This document shows positions 13,102 to 21,554 of a DNA stretch of 34,740 bases, one piece after another (within the stretch, counting starts at the first letter, position 1; every line of letters begins with the position of its first letter). The notes under the pieces are model-generated. The model saw only the letters and a program-made list of their open reading frames with translations, made no database searches and was not told the DNA's origin. This DNA comes from a virus, in IMG/VR virus record IMGVR_UViG_2915242197_000001, positions 1 to 34,740 of that record; one strand, given 5' to 3'. The position numbers were made by a program, and so were the translations under genes.

Positions 13102-13142
13102 TGGTATGATGATGCCACCGAATCACTACAGGCGCAATCATC

Positions 13143-13691
13143 ATGGTTAGCAAAGCAAAGAACATCACCCTACCCGCCGACACCGAGGAAACGCGGGGCA
13201 ATAAAACCCAGGGCTGGTTGCAAACTGAGAAGTCAGCACACCAGGCCATGTGGAAGCTGGGCATTAAGCACCCGATGGCGTTGGCGGTTCTGCATTTCAT
13301 GGTTTCCAAGCTGTCGAAGGGAACAAACGGCGTTGTCATCAGTGCTGCCGCCCTGGCGCGGCAAATGGGCCTTGCGCCTCGCACAGTGCAAAATACGATC
13401 ACCGTTTTGCGAGACTGCAAATTCGTCCAGGTACTCAAATCCGGCAACTGCAACGTGTACATCATCAACTCGCGCGTGGCATGGCAGGGCGAGCGTGGGA
13501 TGCGTTTCTCTGTCTTCAACACCGCGATGGTGATTGACGAGCAAGAGCAGACGCAAACCATTGAGGAACTGGAAGCCGAGGCAGACGAACAAATGCACGT
13601 GCCGGTTATGACCTTCAACGAAGAAATCCAACTCGACGCGATCGACGCGCCGCCGGCGCTGCCGTCCCAGGGAAGCTTGTTGCCGGAATAA
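13143..13691 (+). CDS. RepL-like winged-helix replication/maintenance protein
   Basis: The pattern ...ALAVLHFMVSKLSKGTNGVVISAAALARQMGLAPRTVQNTITVLRDCKFVQVLKSGNCNVYIINSRVAWQG resembles RepL-family proteins, which have an HTH, then a wing, then 'vY.iNp'. It has an acidic C-terminal tail and is preceded by iterons. Confidence 0.6.
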   Translation: MVSKAKNITLPADTEETRGNKTQGWLQTEKSAHQAMWKLGIKHPMALAVLHFMVSKLSKGTNGVVISAAALARQMGLAPRTVQNTITVLRDCKFVQVLKSGNCNVYIINSRVAWQGERGMRFSVFNTAMVIDEQEQTQTIEELEAEADEQMHVPVMTFNEEIQLDAIDAPPALPSQGSLLPE

Positions 13692-13698
13692 GCGATAC

Positions 13699-13719
13699 GC
13701 GCCGGTACACCGCCGGCGC
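13699..13719. terminator. Hairpin between convergent RepL-like gene and portal gene
   Basis: GCGCCGG-TACACCG-CCGGCGC. There is no U-tract on either side. Confidence 0.35.
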
Positions 13720-13727
13720 TAACCTGG

Positions 13728-14780
13728 TCACTCCTGCGGCGTCGCTTCGATCGTGTAAGGCTTGAAGCGCACCACCTCCTCCCCAATCCACTCGTTCAGC
13801 TCCAGGAACCGCGCTTGTAGCGGTTCCACCTCATTGCGCCCGAACACCTTGGCCGCCGTGTCGGCCGCGCCAAAGCCGCCCGTATTGCTCGGCACCACGC
13901 CCAGGAGCTGCGGCGGTACGCGGTGCGCCGCCAGCATGTCGTCGCGCGTGATGTTCTTGATGTTGAAAAACTCGTCCTTGGCCGTGACCTCCGAAACCGG
14001 GATAAGCTGGATACCGTCTTTCTTGCCGTTCGGCGCGTACATGAACAGGTTGCGGAAATTGCCCGGTCCCTTGCTGTCCTTGAGCGCCTGGCGCATGGCT
14101 TTAACATCGTCCTCGTTCTGCGCCGCGTCCGTCATGTACAGGATGAAGCCGGCGTGGCTACCGTTCTCGTAATACTTCCGGCGGAACAGCGTCGCGCTTT
14201 CGTTCAACCAGGCGGAATGCAGGGAACCCAGGTACTCCGGCAAGCCGTACACTTCCTGGTTGATGTCCGGTTCCATCAAGTGAAAAACCGAATCGGGCGC
14301 AAACTCGTATGCGTCTTTCAGGTTGTCGCGGTCCACGAAATAGTAGCGGTCCAGATCGACGCCGCGCCGCGTGTATTTCGATAGGGCTGGGACGAGTTTT
14401 AAGGGGCCGCCAAGGCGCGAACTGCGCTTCTCCAGGTAGCCATTGCCGAAGGTCAGGAAATTGAGCGCCCAGGAGCTAAACGCCTGGCGCGTCAGCAGCT
14501 TGTGAGGAATGAAGGTGGACGCCAACACATTGCGCTTGAAGAACATGGCCGAGCTGTGGTGCGTGCCGGCGTGGAAAGTCTTTGCCAGGCCGTCAAAGCT
14601 GACCGGCGGTTCGTACCAATCGTTATAGGCTGTGCATTGCACGTAATCGAGAATGCTCGATCGGTCCATGACTGGCACCGGATCGCCAAACGTGAAGGCC
14701 TCCGCGCGGCTTTGCGTCACTACGGCCGGCGCTGCTGCAGCCGCGCTCGCCTGGTCCTGGTTGTTGTGGTGTTCGGTCAT
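13728..14780 (-). CDS. Q: Portal protein (P2 gpQ family)
   Basis: 350 aa, containing FTFGDP...YEPP.SF.GLAK...HHSSA..FKRN. It sits downstream of the terminase gene on the minus strand with an overlapping start/stop, as in P2 Q-P. Confidence 0.9.
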   Translation of the reverse strand: MTEHHNNQDQASAAAAAPAVVTQSRAEAFTFGDPVPVMDRSSILDYVQCTAYNDWYEPPVSFDGLAKTFHAGTHHSSAMFFKRNVLASTFIPHKLLTRQAFSSWALNFLTFGNGYLEKRSSRLGGPLKLVPALSKYTRRGVDLDRYYFVDRDNLKDAYEFAPDSVFHLMEPDINQEVYGLPEYLGSLHSAWLNESATLFRRKYYENGSHAGFILYMTDAAQNEDDVKAMRQALKDSKGPGNFRNLFMYAPNGKKDGIQLIPVSEVTAKDEFFNIKNITRDDMLAAHRVPPQLLGVVPSNTGGFGAADTAAKVFGRNEVEPLQARFLELNEWIGEEVVRFKPYTIEATPQE

Positions 14781-16549
14781 CCTGTGAAAATCTCCATAAA
14801 GCTGCTGTTGTTTGCTGTGGTTCCTTCCAACGGTTCATTGGAAAGGGCATTGAGTACCGCCCAGGCCAGATCCGCGTGGCCTGTCTCGGCCGAATGGCCG
14901 GCGGTGTATGTGACCTGGCGGCCGCTGGGCGTCATGGTCTTTTTGATCGCCATGAACGATTGCGCTACATCGGTCCAGCCGGCGTCGAACTGCAAGCGCG
15001 CCTTGCTGATGACGGAAAGGCCTTTCAGCACCAGGCGGCCTTTCAGCTCTGCCGTGTAGTCCAGACCGACCACGGCCGGGAAGAACTGCTTTACGAGCTG
15101 GTGGACGCCGTGCCCCAGGCCTGTGCGGTCGATCGCTATGTACGAGACGTTGTAGCGCTCTGTAATTTTTTTGATGAAGGCCGCTTGTCCTTCAAAGTCC
15201 ATCCCCCGGAACTGGTGTTTTTCCAGCATGCGGAACTTGCCGCCAGGGACCGCCGGCGGCGCGATCACCACGCAGCCGGCCGAGTCGCCGGATAGCGCCG
15301 GATCGTAGCCAACCCATACCTGCTTATAGCCAAAGGGGCGCTCTGCAAACGGCTTGAAATCGTCCGCCCATTCAACCCAGGAATCGACCATGCAGCGCTG
15401 TAGATCGGCCAGCGGGAAAATGGACGCGCTGTCGTCAATGAAGTGGCACATGTAGAGCTGTGCGTACTCGGCTGGGCTGTTCTCCAGCTTCAATTCGTCC
15501 AGGTCGAACAGGTTGCAGCCGCCGGCCGCCGCGTCCTCCACCGTGACGATTTGCCGCCACTGGCGATCCGCGCCAAACGCGCCGCCGGCCAGCGCCTTGT
15601 GCGTGGTATCGATCGTCACTTTGTCGGCCGTCGCGCGGCCCTTGTTGGCGCTGTCGCCGGACCAGAAGGCGTGCGCCTCATGCGTCAGACTGGAAGGCGT
15701 AGAAAAGTAAGTCTTGCGCCAGTTCTTGTGCGACGCCATCGCCGCCGCTACCTTGTTCAGCTTCGTAAAGCCAGGCACCCAAAAATATTCATCGAAGTAG
15801 AAATTGCCGTGATAGCTCTGTGCCGTGTTGGCGTTCGTGCTCAAGAAAATCAGCTCGGCACCGTTCGGCAACAGGATGGTTTCGCCGGTCAGCTCCATAT
15901 CGATCGTCTGCCGCACGAAGGCGCAGATATAGGCCCGGAAAACATGCACCTGGGCCTTGCTGGCGGATAGGAAAATCTGGTTGCGGCCGGTCAGCAGCGC
16001 ATCAATCAGCGCCTCGCGCGCGAAGTACCAGGTAGCGCCGATCTGGCGCGACTTGAGGACGTTGCGCGTGCGCTTGTCGCCGTTCCTGTACCACGTCTTC
16101 TGGTAGTCGAATAGCGATTCCTCAAACGCGGCCAGCAGCTTCGCGGTTTGTTCTTCCGTGATGGCATTGCGCGCCGGCTTCTTTTTCGGCTCGGCATTGC
16201 GCGCCAGGATGTTCGGATTTAGGTCTGACTCTTTCCCCGTTTCGCGGTACTTGACGATGCGCTCGCCGCGCTCCAACTGGCGCATGAGCAAATCAATTTC
16301 TTTGAAGTCGCCAGGAGTTTTTGCGTCCTTCGATATCAGCGATATGAGGCGCTGTTCTAGCGACAGCTCGACCTTTTGCAAAGGCGTGAACTTGTCCCAC
16401 TCGTCGCGCGCATGCCAGGCCTGTACGGTGCTGCGCTTCTCGTCCAGATGGCGAGCAATGGACGATATGCGCCAGCCCTGCCAGTACAGGTCGCGCGCGA
16501 TTCTGCGGGGGTCTTTTTCCAGTAGTTGAGCGGTGAAATTTTCAATCAT
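14777..16549 (-). CDS. P: Terminase large (ATPase) subunit (P2 gpP family)
   Basis: It contains ...LKSRQIGATWYFAREALIDAL..GRNQIFLSASKAQ.... The ATG at 16549 (MIENFTAQLL) is preferred over the track's TTG at 16615. Confidence 0.9.
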   Translation of the reverse strand: MIENFTAQLLEKDPRRIARDLYWQGWRISSIARHLDEKRSTVQAWHARDEWDKFTPLQKVELSLEQRLISLISKDAKTPGDFKEIDLLMRQLERGERIVKYRETGKESDLNPNILARNAEPKKKPARNAITEEQTAKLLAAFEESLFDYQKTWYRNGDKRTRNVLKSRQIGATWYFAREALIDALLTGRNQIFLSASKAQVHVFRAYICAFVRQTIDMELTGETILLPNGAELIFLSTNANTAQSYHGNFYFDEYFWVPGFTKLNKVAAAMASHKNWRKTYFSTPSSLTHEAHAFWSGDSANKGRATADKVTIDTTHKALAGGAFGADRQWRQIVTVEDAAAGGCNLFDLDELKLENSPAEYAQLYMCHFIDDSASIFPLADLQRCMVDSWVEWADDFKPFAERPFGYKQVWVGYDPALSGDSAGCVVIAPPAVPGGKFRMLEKHQFRGMDFEGQAAFIKKITERYNVSYIAIDRTGLGHGVHQLVKQFFPAVVGLDYTAELKGRLVLKGLSVISKARLQFDAGWTDVAQSFMAIKKTMTPSGRQVTYTAGHSAETGHADLAWAVLNALSNEPLEGTTANNSSFMEIFTG

Positions 16550-16595
16550 GCGGCCAGTGTGACGGCCTCGCGTGCGCGCGAAAATCACCAACGAA

Positions 16596-16614
16596 TGTGC
16601 TGGCAACCAGCACA
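16596..16614. promoter_or_regulatory. Perfect dyad TGTGCTGG-CAA-CCAGCACA (TGT-N13-ACA) in the P/O divergent region; candidate Ogr-dependent late promoter element
   Basis: The 8-bp arms were seen directly. The centre is about 94 bp upstream of the O start codon. P2 late promoters carry a TGT-N12-ACA dyad near -55. Confidence 0.5.
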
Positions 16615-16698
16615 AACTCTAATCATTGAGAGAACGATTCCGAACGCGCACCATGCAATCCGTCACACCACTTATCACCTGACGGAGAACACAACCCA

Positions 16699-17562
16699 AT
16701 GAGCAAAGCAGCAGACACCAGCAAAGCGAAATCGAAAAAATTCCGCGTTGCAGTAGAAGGCGCGACCACCGACGGCCGCGAAATCACCCGCGAATGGATT
16801 ACGCAGATGGCGGCGAACTACAGCGCCACCAAGTACGGCGCGCGCGTCAACCTGGAACACATTCGCGGCATCCTGCCCGACAGCCAGTTCAAGGCCTACG
16901 GCGACGTGCTGGAACTGGAAGCGCAAGAGCTGAGCGGCGAGTTTTCCGGCAAGCTGGGCCTGTTCGCCACCATCGCGCCTCTGCCCGACCTGGTAGCCAT
17001 GACCAACGCCGGCCAAAAGATTTACACCTCGATCGAAGTTGATCCGAACTTCGCCAAGACCGGCGAGGCGTACATGGTAGGCCTGGCCGTCACCGACAGC
17101 CCCGCCAGCCTGGGTACCGAGATTCTGGCTTTCGCAGCTCAAAACCCGGCAGCCTCGCCATTCGCGCACAAAAAGCAAAGCCCGCAAAACCTGTTCACGG
17201 CGGCAGTGGAAACCGTCATCGAAATGGAAGCAGCGGCCGCGCCTGGCGCAGTCGCCAAGCTGTTCAGCACCGTGCAAGAGCTGCTGGCCGGCGGCGCGAA
17301 GAAAACCGCATCCGATGAAGCACGCTTCGCCGACATCGGCCAGGCCGTGAACCTGTTGGCGACGCACACCCAGGAACAAGCCACGCAGTTCGCCGCGACC
17401 ATCGACAAGCAGAACAAGGAAATCGCGGACCTGAAAGCCCAGGGCGAGAAGGACCGCAAGGAAGTGGCCGACCTGACCGCGAAGCTGTCGAAGCAGGACG
17501 CCAACCCGGCGAGCCGTCCACCAGCCACCGGCGGCGGCAGCGCCAATCTGGCCGAGTTCTAA
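16699..17562 (+). CDS. O: Capsid scaffolding protein (P2 gpO family)
   Basis: KFRVAVEGATTDGREITREWITQMAANY...GARVNLEHIRG is a typical gpO N-terminus. The gene is divergent from P. Confidence 0.9.
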   Translation: MSKAADTSKAKSKKFRVAVEGATTDGREITREWITQMAANYSATKYGARVNLEHIRGILPDSQFKAYGDVLELEAQELSGEFSGKLGLFATIAPLPDLVAMTNAGQKIYTSIEVDPNFAKTGEAYMVGLAVTDSPASLGTEILAFAAQNPAASPFAHKKQSPQNLFTAAVETVIEMEAAAAPGAVAKLFSTVQELLAGGAKKTASDEARFADIGQAVNLLATHTQEQATQFAATIDKQNKEIADLKAQGEKDRKEVADLTAKLSKQDANPASRPPATGGGSANLAEF

Positions 17563-17603
17563 CCAGTAACACAACCACCAAACGATTTAGGAGATTTACC
17601 CAG

Positions 17604-18629
17604 ATGTTGAACGATACCCGTGTGAAGTTTGAAGGCTACCTGGCGCAAGTTGCAAAGCTGAACGCCGTAGCCTCCGCGCTGCAAAAATTCAGCGTGGCCC
17701 CCGCTGTGCAACAAAAGCTGGAAAAGAAAATTCAGCAATCCAGCGCCTTCCTGTCCTCGATTAACGTTATCGGCGTTACCAACCAGGAAGGCGAAAAGCT
17801 GGGCCTGGGCGTAGGCAGCACCGTAGCCAGCACCACCGACACCAGCAAGAACAAGCGCAACACCACCGATATTTCCAATATCGAACTGGTCAACAAATAC
17901 CGCTGCGAGCAAACGAACTTCGACTGGCACATCGGCTACGGCAAGCTGGACGCCTGGGCCGAACAGCCGGAATTCCAAACCATGCTGGCCGAGGCGATCG
18001 CGCAGCGCCAAGCGCTCGACCGCGTAATGATCGGCTGGAACGGCATCGCCCGCGCGGCCACCTCCGACCGCGCAGCACATCCGCTGCTGCAAGACGTGAA
18101 CAAAGGCTGGTTGCAGCAAATCCGCGAGAACGCACCGCAGCGCGTTATGTCCCACGGCAGCCTGGCGGCCGACAAGATCAAGGTAGGCGCGGGCGGCGAC
18201 TACGAGAACCTGGACGCCCTGGTGTTCGACCTGGTAAACGAATTCCTGGACGAATGGCACCAGGAAGACACCGGCCTGGTTGTTATCTGCGGCCGCCGTC
18301 TGCTGGCTGACAAATACTTCCCGATCATCAACCAGCAACAGGCGAACACCGAAAAGCTGGCCGCCGATATGATCGTCAGCCAAAAGCGTATCGGCAACCT
18401 GCCAGCGGTACGTGTTCCTAACTTCCCGGCTAACGGTCTGCTGGTCACGCGCCTGGACAACCTGTCGGTCTACTTCCAGAAGGGCGCGCGCCGTCGCCAG
18501 GTGAAAGAGGCGTCCGAGTGGGACCGCGTGGAAAACTACGAGTCGTCCAACGAAGCGTATGTCGTGGAAGACTACGGCATGACCGCGCTGGCCGAAAACA
18601 TCGAACTGCTGCCAGTACCGAAGGCGTAA
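17604..18629 (+). CDS. N: Major capsid protein (P2 gpN family)
   Basis: 341 aa, starting MLNDTRVKFEGYLAQVAKLN, with conserved gpN-like blocks. It follows O. Confidence 0.9.
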   Translation: MLNDTRVKFEGYLAQVAKLNAVASALQKFSVAPAVQQKLEKKIQQSSAFLSSINVIGVTNQEGEKLGLGVGSTVASTTDTSKNKRNTTDISNIELVNKYRCEQTNFDWHIGYGKLDAWAEQPEFQTMLAEAIAQRQALDRVMIGWNGIARAATSDRAAHPLLQDVNKGWLQQIRENAPQRVMSHGSLAADKIKVGAGGDYENLDALVFDLVNEFLDEWHQEDTGLVVICGRRLLADKYFPIINQQQANTEKLAADMIVSQKRIGNLPAVRVPNFPANGLLVTRLDNLSVYFQKGARRRQVKEASEWDRVENYESSNEAYVVEDYGMTALAENIELLPVPKA

Positions 18630-18631
18630 CG

Positions 18632-19309
18632 ATGACCAGCCCCGCACGAGCCCACTTCCAGCGCGTGATTGCTGCCCGCACGGCAGCAGCCGCGCCGCAC
18701 GGCGGCACGCTGGCCGGCGCAAGCAACTACGAGCTGATGCTCGCAAAGCTGGCGACCGACCGCGCGCGACTGCACCAGGTCAAGTCCAACGAGCGCAAGG
18801 CCGCCGTAAAGCGCGAACTGCTGCCGGAGTACGAGAACTATGTAACCGGCTCGCTGGAAGGCGGGCGCGGGGCGCAAGACGACGTACTCACCACAATCAT
18901 GCTGTGGCGCATCGACGCCGGCGACTATGCCGGCGCGCTGCCAATCGCTGAATACGCGCTGACTCACCGGCTGACGCTGCCCGATGAATTCAGCCGCTCC
19001 ACGGCAACCGTGGTGGCGGAAGAATTCGCGGAACAGGCAATCATCGCCTTGCGCGCCGGCCAGCCTTTCGACGTTGAGCAGTTGAAGCACGTAGCCGACC
19101 TGACCGAGCCGCATGATATGCCCGACCAGGTGCGCGCCAAGCTGTACAAGGCGATCGGCCTGACGGTGCAGGACAAGCCCGAAGTGGCTTTGCTGTACCT
19201 GAATCGCGCCTTGAAGCTGCATGACCGATCGGGCGTGAAACAAGACATTGACCGGCTGCAAAAGCAGCTCGGCAACTCCGCCGCCGGCAGCAATGCCAGC
19301 GGCACGTAA
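18632..19309 (+). CDS. M: Terminase small/endonuclease subunit (P2 gpM family)
   Basis: The ATG at 18632 lies 2 nt after the N stop. The product begins MTSPARAHFQRV...YELMLAKLATDRARL. Confidence 0.85.
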   Translation: MTSPARAHFQRVIAARTAAAAPHGGTLAGASNYELMLAKLATDRARLHQVKSNERKAAVKRELLPEYENYVTGSLEGGRGAQDDVLTTIMLWRIDAGDYAGALPIAEYALTHRLTLPDEFSRSTATVVAEEFAEQAIIALRAGQPFDVEQLKHVADLTEPHDMPDQVRAKLYKAIGLTVQDKPEVALLYLNRALKLHDRSGVKQDIDRLQKQLGNSAAGSNASGT

Positions 19310-19411
19310 AGAGCCTCCCCGGCCTGGCGGCGCTGGCTGACGATAGCAAAGCCCTTGCGGCTCCACGCTGTCCGAAGCCAGCCCACCGCCTCTAACCGAA
19401 AGCAACACCGT

Positions 19412-19903
19412 ATGTCTTCCTTTATCGCAAACGAACCAGTCAGCACGCCGACCAGCGCACCAGGCGAAACCCCGCCGGCCGGCATCATCACCAATGACGG
19501 CTTTTTCCCCGATATCGACCTGGCGCACCTGCGCGCAGCCGTGCGCCTCAACGGCACCGTGACCGACGAGCGCCTGGTCGACGCCCTGGTCAGCGCAATG
19601 ATTAACGTCAACGGCGAGCTGGCGGCCTGGAAAGTGGCGAGCATCGCTGCAGGAGCCGTCAACCTGGAAGCCATGCCGCCACAGCTCGGCGGCAAGAGCA
19701 TCAAGGCCACGCTGTACCGCACGGCGGTGTACCGCAGCACGAAAGCGGATCTCACCGAGCGATACCGCGACTACGACAGCACGAAGGCCGGCGATCGCGC
19801 CGCCGACGAGCTGGAACCCTCGATCGATGACGACCGCCGCGCCGCTCGCTGGGCTATCCGCGATCTGCTGGGCGTAGCGCGTACCACGGTAGAGCTGATC
19901 TGA
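19412..19903 (+). CDS. L: Head completion/stabilisation protein (P2 gpL family)
   Basis: It contains ...GFFPDIDLAHLRAAVRLNGTVTDERL.... The ATG at 19412 is preferred over the track start at 19355. Confidence 0.85.
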   Translation: MSSFIANEPVSTPTSAPGETPPAGIITNDGFFPDIDLAHLRAAVRLNGTVTDERLVDALVSAMINVNGELAAWKVASIAAGAVNLEAMPPQLGGKSIKATLYRTAVYRSTKADLTERYRDYDSTKAGDRAADELEPSIDDDRRAARWAIRDLLGVARTTVELI

Positions 19904-20109
19904 TGCGCGTCACCACGCAACAGGGCGACACCGTAGACCTTCTGTGCTGGCGGCACCGGAAGCAAACGGCCGGCATCGTTGAAGCCACGCTAGAGCTAAA
20001 CCCAGGCCTGGCCGATTACGGCCCGGTCCTACCACATGGCCTGGTTGTTGAGCTACCAGACCCGCAAACCGCAAAACCAAAAACCAACCTCATCAACCTG
20101 TGGGACTAA
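19903..20109 (+). CDS. X: Tail protein X (P2 gpX family)
   Basis: 68 aa, starting MRVTTQQGDTVDLLCWR. A TGATG overlap links it to L. Confidence 0.85.
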   Translation: MRVTTQQGDTVDLLCWRHRKQTAGIVEATLELNPGLADYGPVLPHGLVVELPDPQTAKPKTNLINLWD

Positions 20110-20122
20110 TTTAGGACTCAAG

Positions 20123-20482
20123 ATGGCAGAACCAAGCACCACAACTATCGCCGTAGCCTCTGCGGCCGGCGTCGGCTTCGCAAGCCTGTTCCCAGGCGTT
20201 GACGGTAACGCCCTGATCGGCGCTTTCGCCGGCGCGTCGCTCCTGGTAGTGAACTCCAAAGACATCAATATCCCCCAGCGCATCACCTACCTGGTGATTT
20301 CGCTGATCGTGGGCTACCTGGGCGCGCCCGATGTCGTCAACAACGTCACGGTTATCCGATCGACAGGCGTAGCCGCTTTCCTGGTTTCCGCCTCCGCGAT
20401 CACCGTCACGCTGCAACTGCTGGAGCGTTTGAAAAACATTGATCTGCTGTCGTTCTTCGGCAAGAAAGGCAAGGACGAATGA
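20123..20482 (+). CDS. Holin-like membrane protein
   Basis: The ATG is at 20123. There are three hydrophobic segments and a charged C-terminus (KKGKDE). It is the first gene of the lysis cassette. Confidence 0.65.
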   Translation: MAEPSTTTIAVASAAGVGFASLFPGVDGNALIGAFAGASLLVVNSKDINIPQRITYLVISLIVGYLGAPDVVNNVTVIRSTGVAAFLVSASAITVTLQLLERLKNIDLLSFFGKKGKDE

Positions 20483-20751
20483 ACACTGAATTCATCGGCG
20501 CGCACATCGCCATGACTTTCTATTTCCTCGCTTGCGGCCGCGTGCTGCTGTACCGGAAAGAGGGCGCGCGCCACCGCCGCCACGTTTCCTGGATTGCCTG
20601 GGCAATCCTGGTTGTCCTGGCCGCCTCTGGCATCGACCTGCTGGTCAACCCGCGCGAGCTGGGCGTCATCGAAACCGCGCGCGCAATCCTCATCGACGTT
20701 TTTGTATTTGGCGCACGCGGCAACGTGGCGCGCTTACTCTGGAGAGAATGA
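20479..20751 (+). CDS. Second small membrane protein (holin/antiholin candidate)
   Basis: 90 aa with hydrophobic helices, overlapping both neighbours by ATGA. Confidence 0.6.
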   Translation: MNTEFIGAHIAMTFYFLACGRVLLYRKEGARHRRHVSWIAWAILVVLAASGIDLLVNPRELGVIETARAILIDVFVFGARGNVARLLWRE

Positions 20752-21554
20752 ACATGCTGTATAAATTTGGCGATCACGGCGCGGAAGTGGAAAACCTGCA
20801 AAAGCGGCTGACCAGCAGCGGCCACCCGGTCCCTGTGACCGGCTACTTTGACCACGGCACCGAGGCGGCCGTCATGGCGGTGCAGAAAGCGAAAGGCCTG
20901 GTAGTGGACGGCATCGCCGGCCCGAAAACCTTTATCGCGCTGCGCGGCGTGACGCTGCCGCACCACCTGACCGACGCCGACCTGGTGAACGCTGCCGAGC
21001 TGCTGGGCGTGCAAGTGGCGGCCGTGCGCGCCGTCAACGAGGTGGAATCTGTCGGCCAGGGCATGTTGCCGGATGGCCGCCCCAAAATCCTGTTTGAGCG
21101 CCACGTCTTCTGGAAGCGCCTGGAAGCGCACGGCATCGACCCGGCGCCGATCGCGGCCCACAAGCCGGCCCTGGTATCCCAGGAGCGCGGCGGCTACCAG
21201 GGCGGCGCGGCCGAGTACATGCGCCTGGCCGGCGCTATGCTGATCTGCGAGGCGGCGGCCTATGAGGCATGCTCCTGGGGCGCGTTCCAAATCATGGGCT
21301 ATCACTGGAAAGACCTTGGCTACGAGAGCCTGGCGGAATTCGTCGCCGCGATGGAAGAAAGCGAAGCCGAGCAGCTCGGCGCGTTCGTTCGTTTCATCGC
21401 TCAAGACGCCGCGCTCCTGGCGGCGTTGAAGGCCCGCAAGTGGTCCACCTTCGCCAAGCTCTACAACGGCCCGGACTACGCCCGCAACCTCTACGACGCC
21501 AAACTGGCCCAGGCATACACCAAGTACAGCCAGGCCGAGAAGGCGGCCGCATGA
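20748..21554 (+). CDS. Endolysin: peptidoglycan-binding domain plus N-acetylmuramidase-type catalytic domain
   Basis: The N-terminal GDHGAEVENLQKRL...VDGIAGPKT looks like PG_binding_1. The C-terminal ...ILFERHVFWK...CSWGAFQIMGYHW...YNGP.Y looks like a phage muramidase (DUF3380-like). Confidence 0.85.
   Translation: MNMLYKFGDHGAEVENLQKRLTSSGHPVPVTGYFDHGTEAAVMAVQKAKGLVVDGIAGPKTFIALRGVTLPHHLTDADLVNAAELLGVQVAAVRAVNEVESVGQGMLPDGRPKILFERHVFWKRLEAHGIDPAPIAAHKPALVSQERGGYQGGAAEYMRLAGAMLICEAAAYEACSWGAFQIMGYHWKDLGYESLAEFVAAMEESEAEQLGAFVRFIAQDAALLAALKARKWSTFAKLYNGPDYARNLYDAKLAQAYTKYSQAEKAAA

Noticed and set aside
17559-18746. Long antisense ORFs opposite structural genes. Examples are 17559-18746, 20520-21404, 22983-24770, 25078-26169, 30122-31687 and 33149-34066, all on the minus strand.
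   Set aside because: Their translations are Arg/Gly/Ala/Pro-rich and low in complexity. They overlap recognisable P2-type genes on the other strand. Long open shadow frames are expected in GC-rich DNA.
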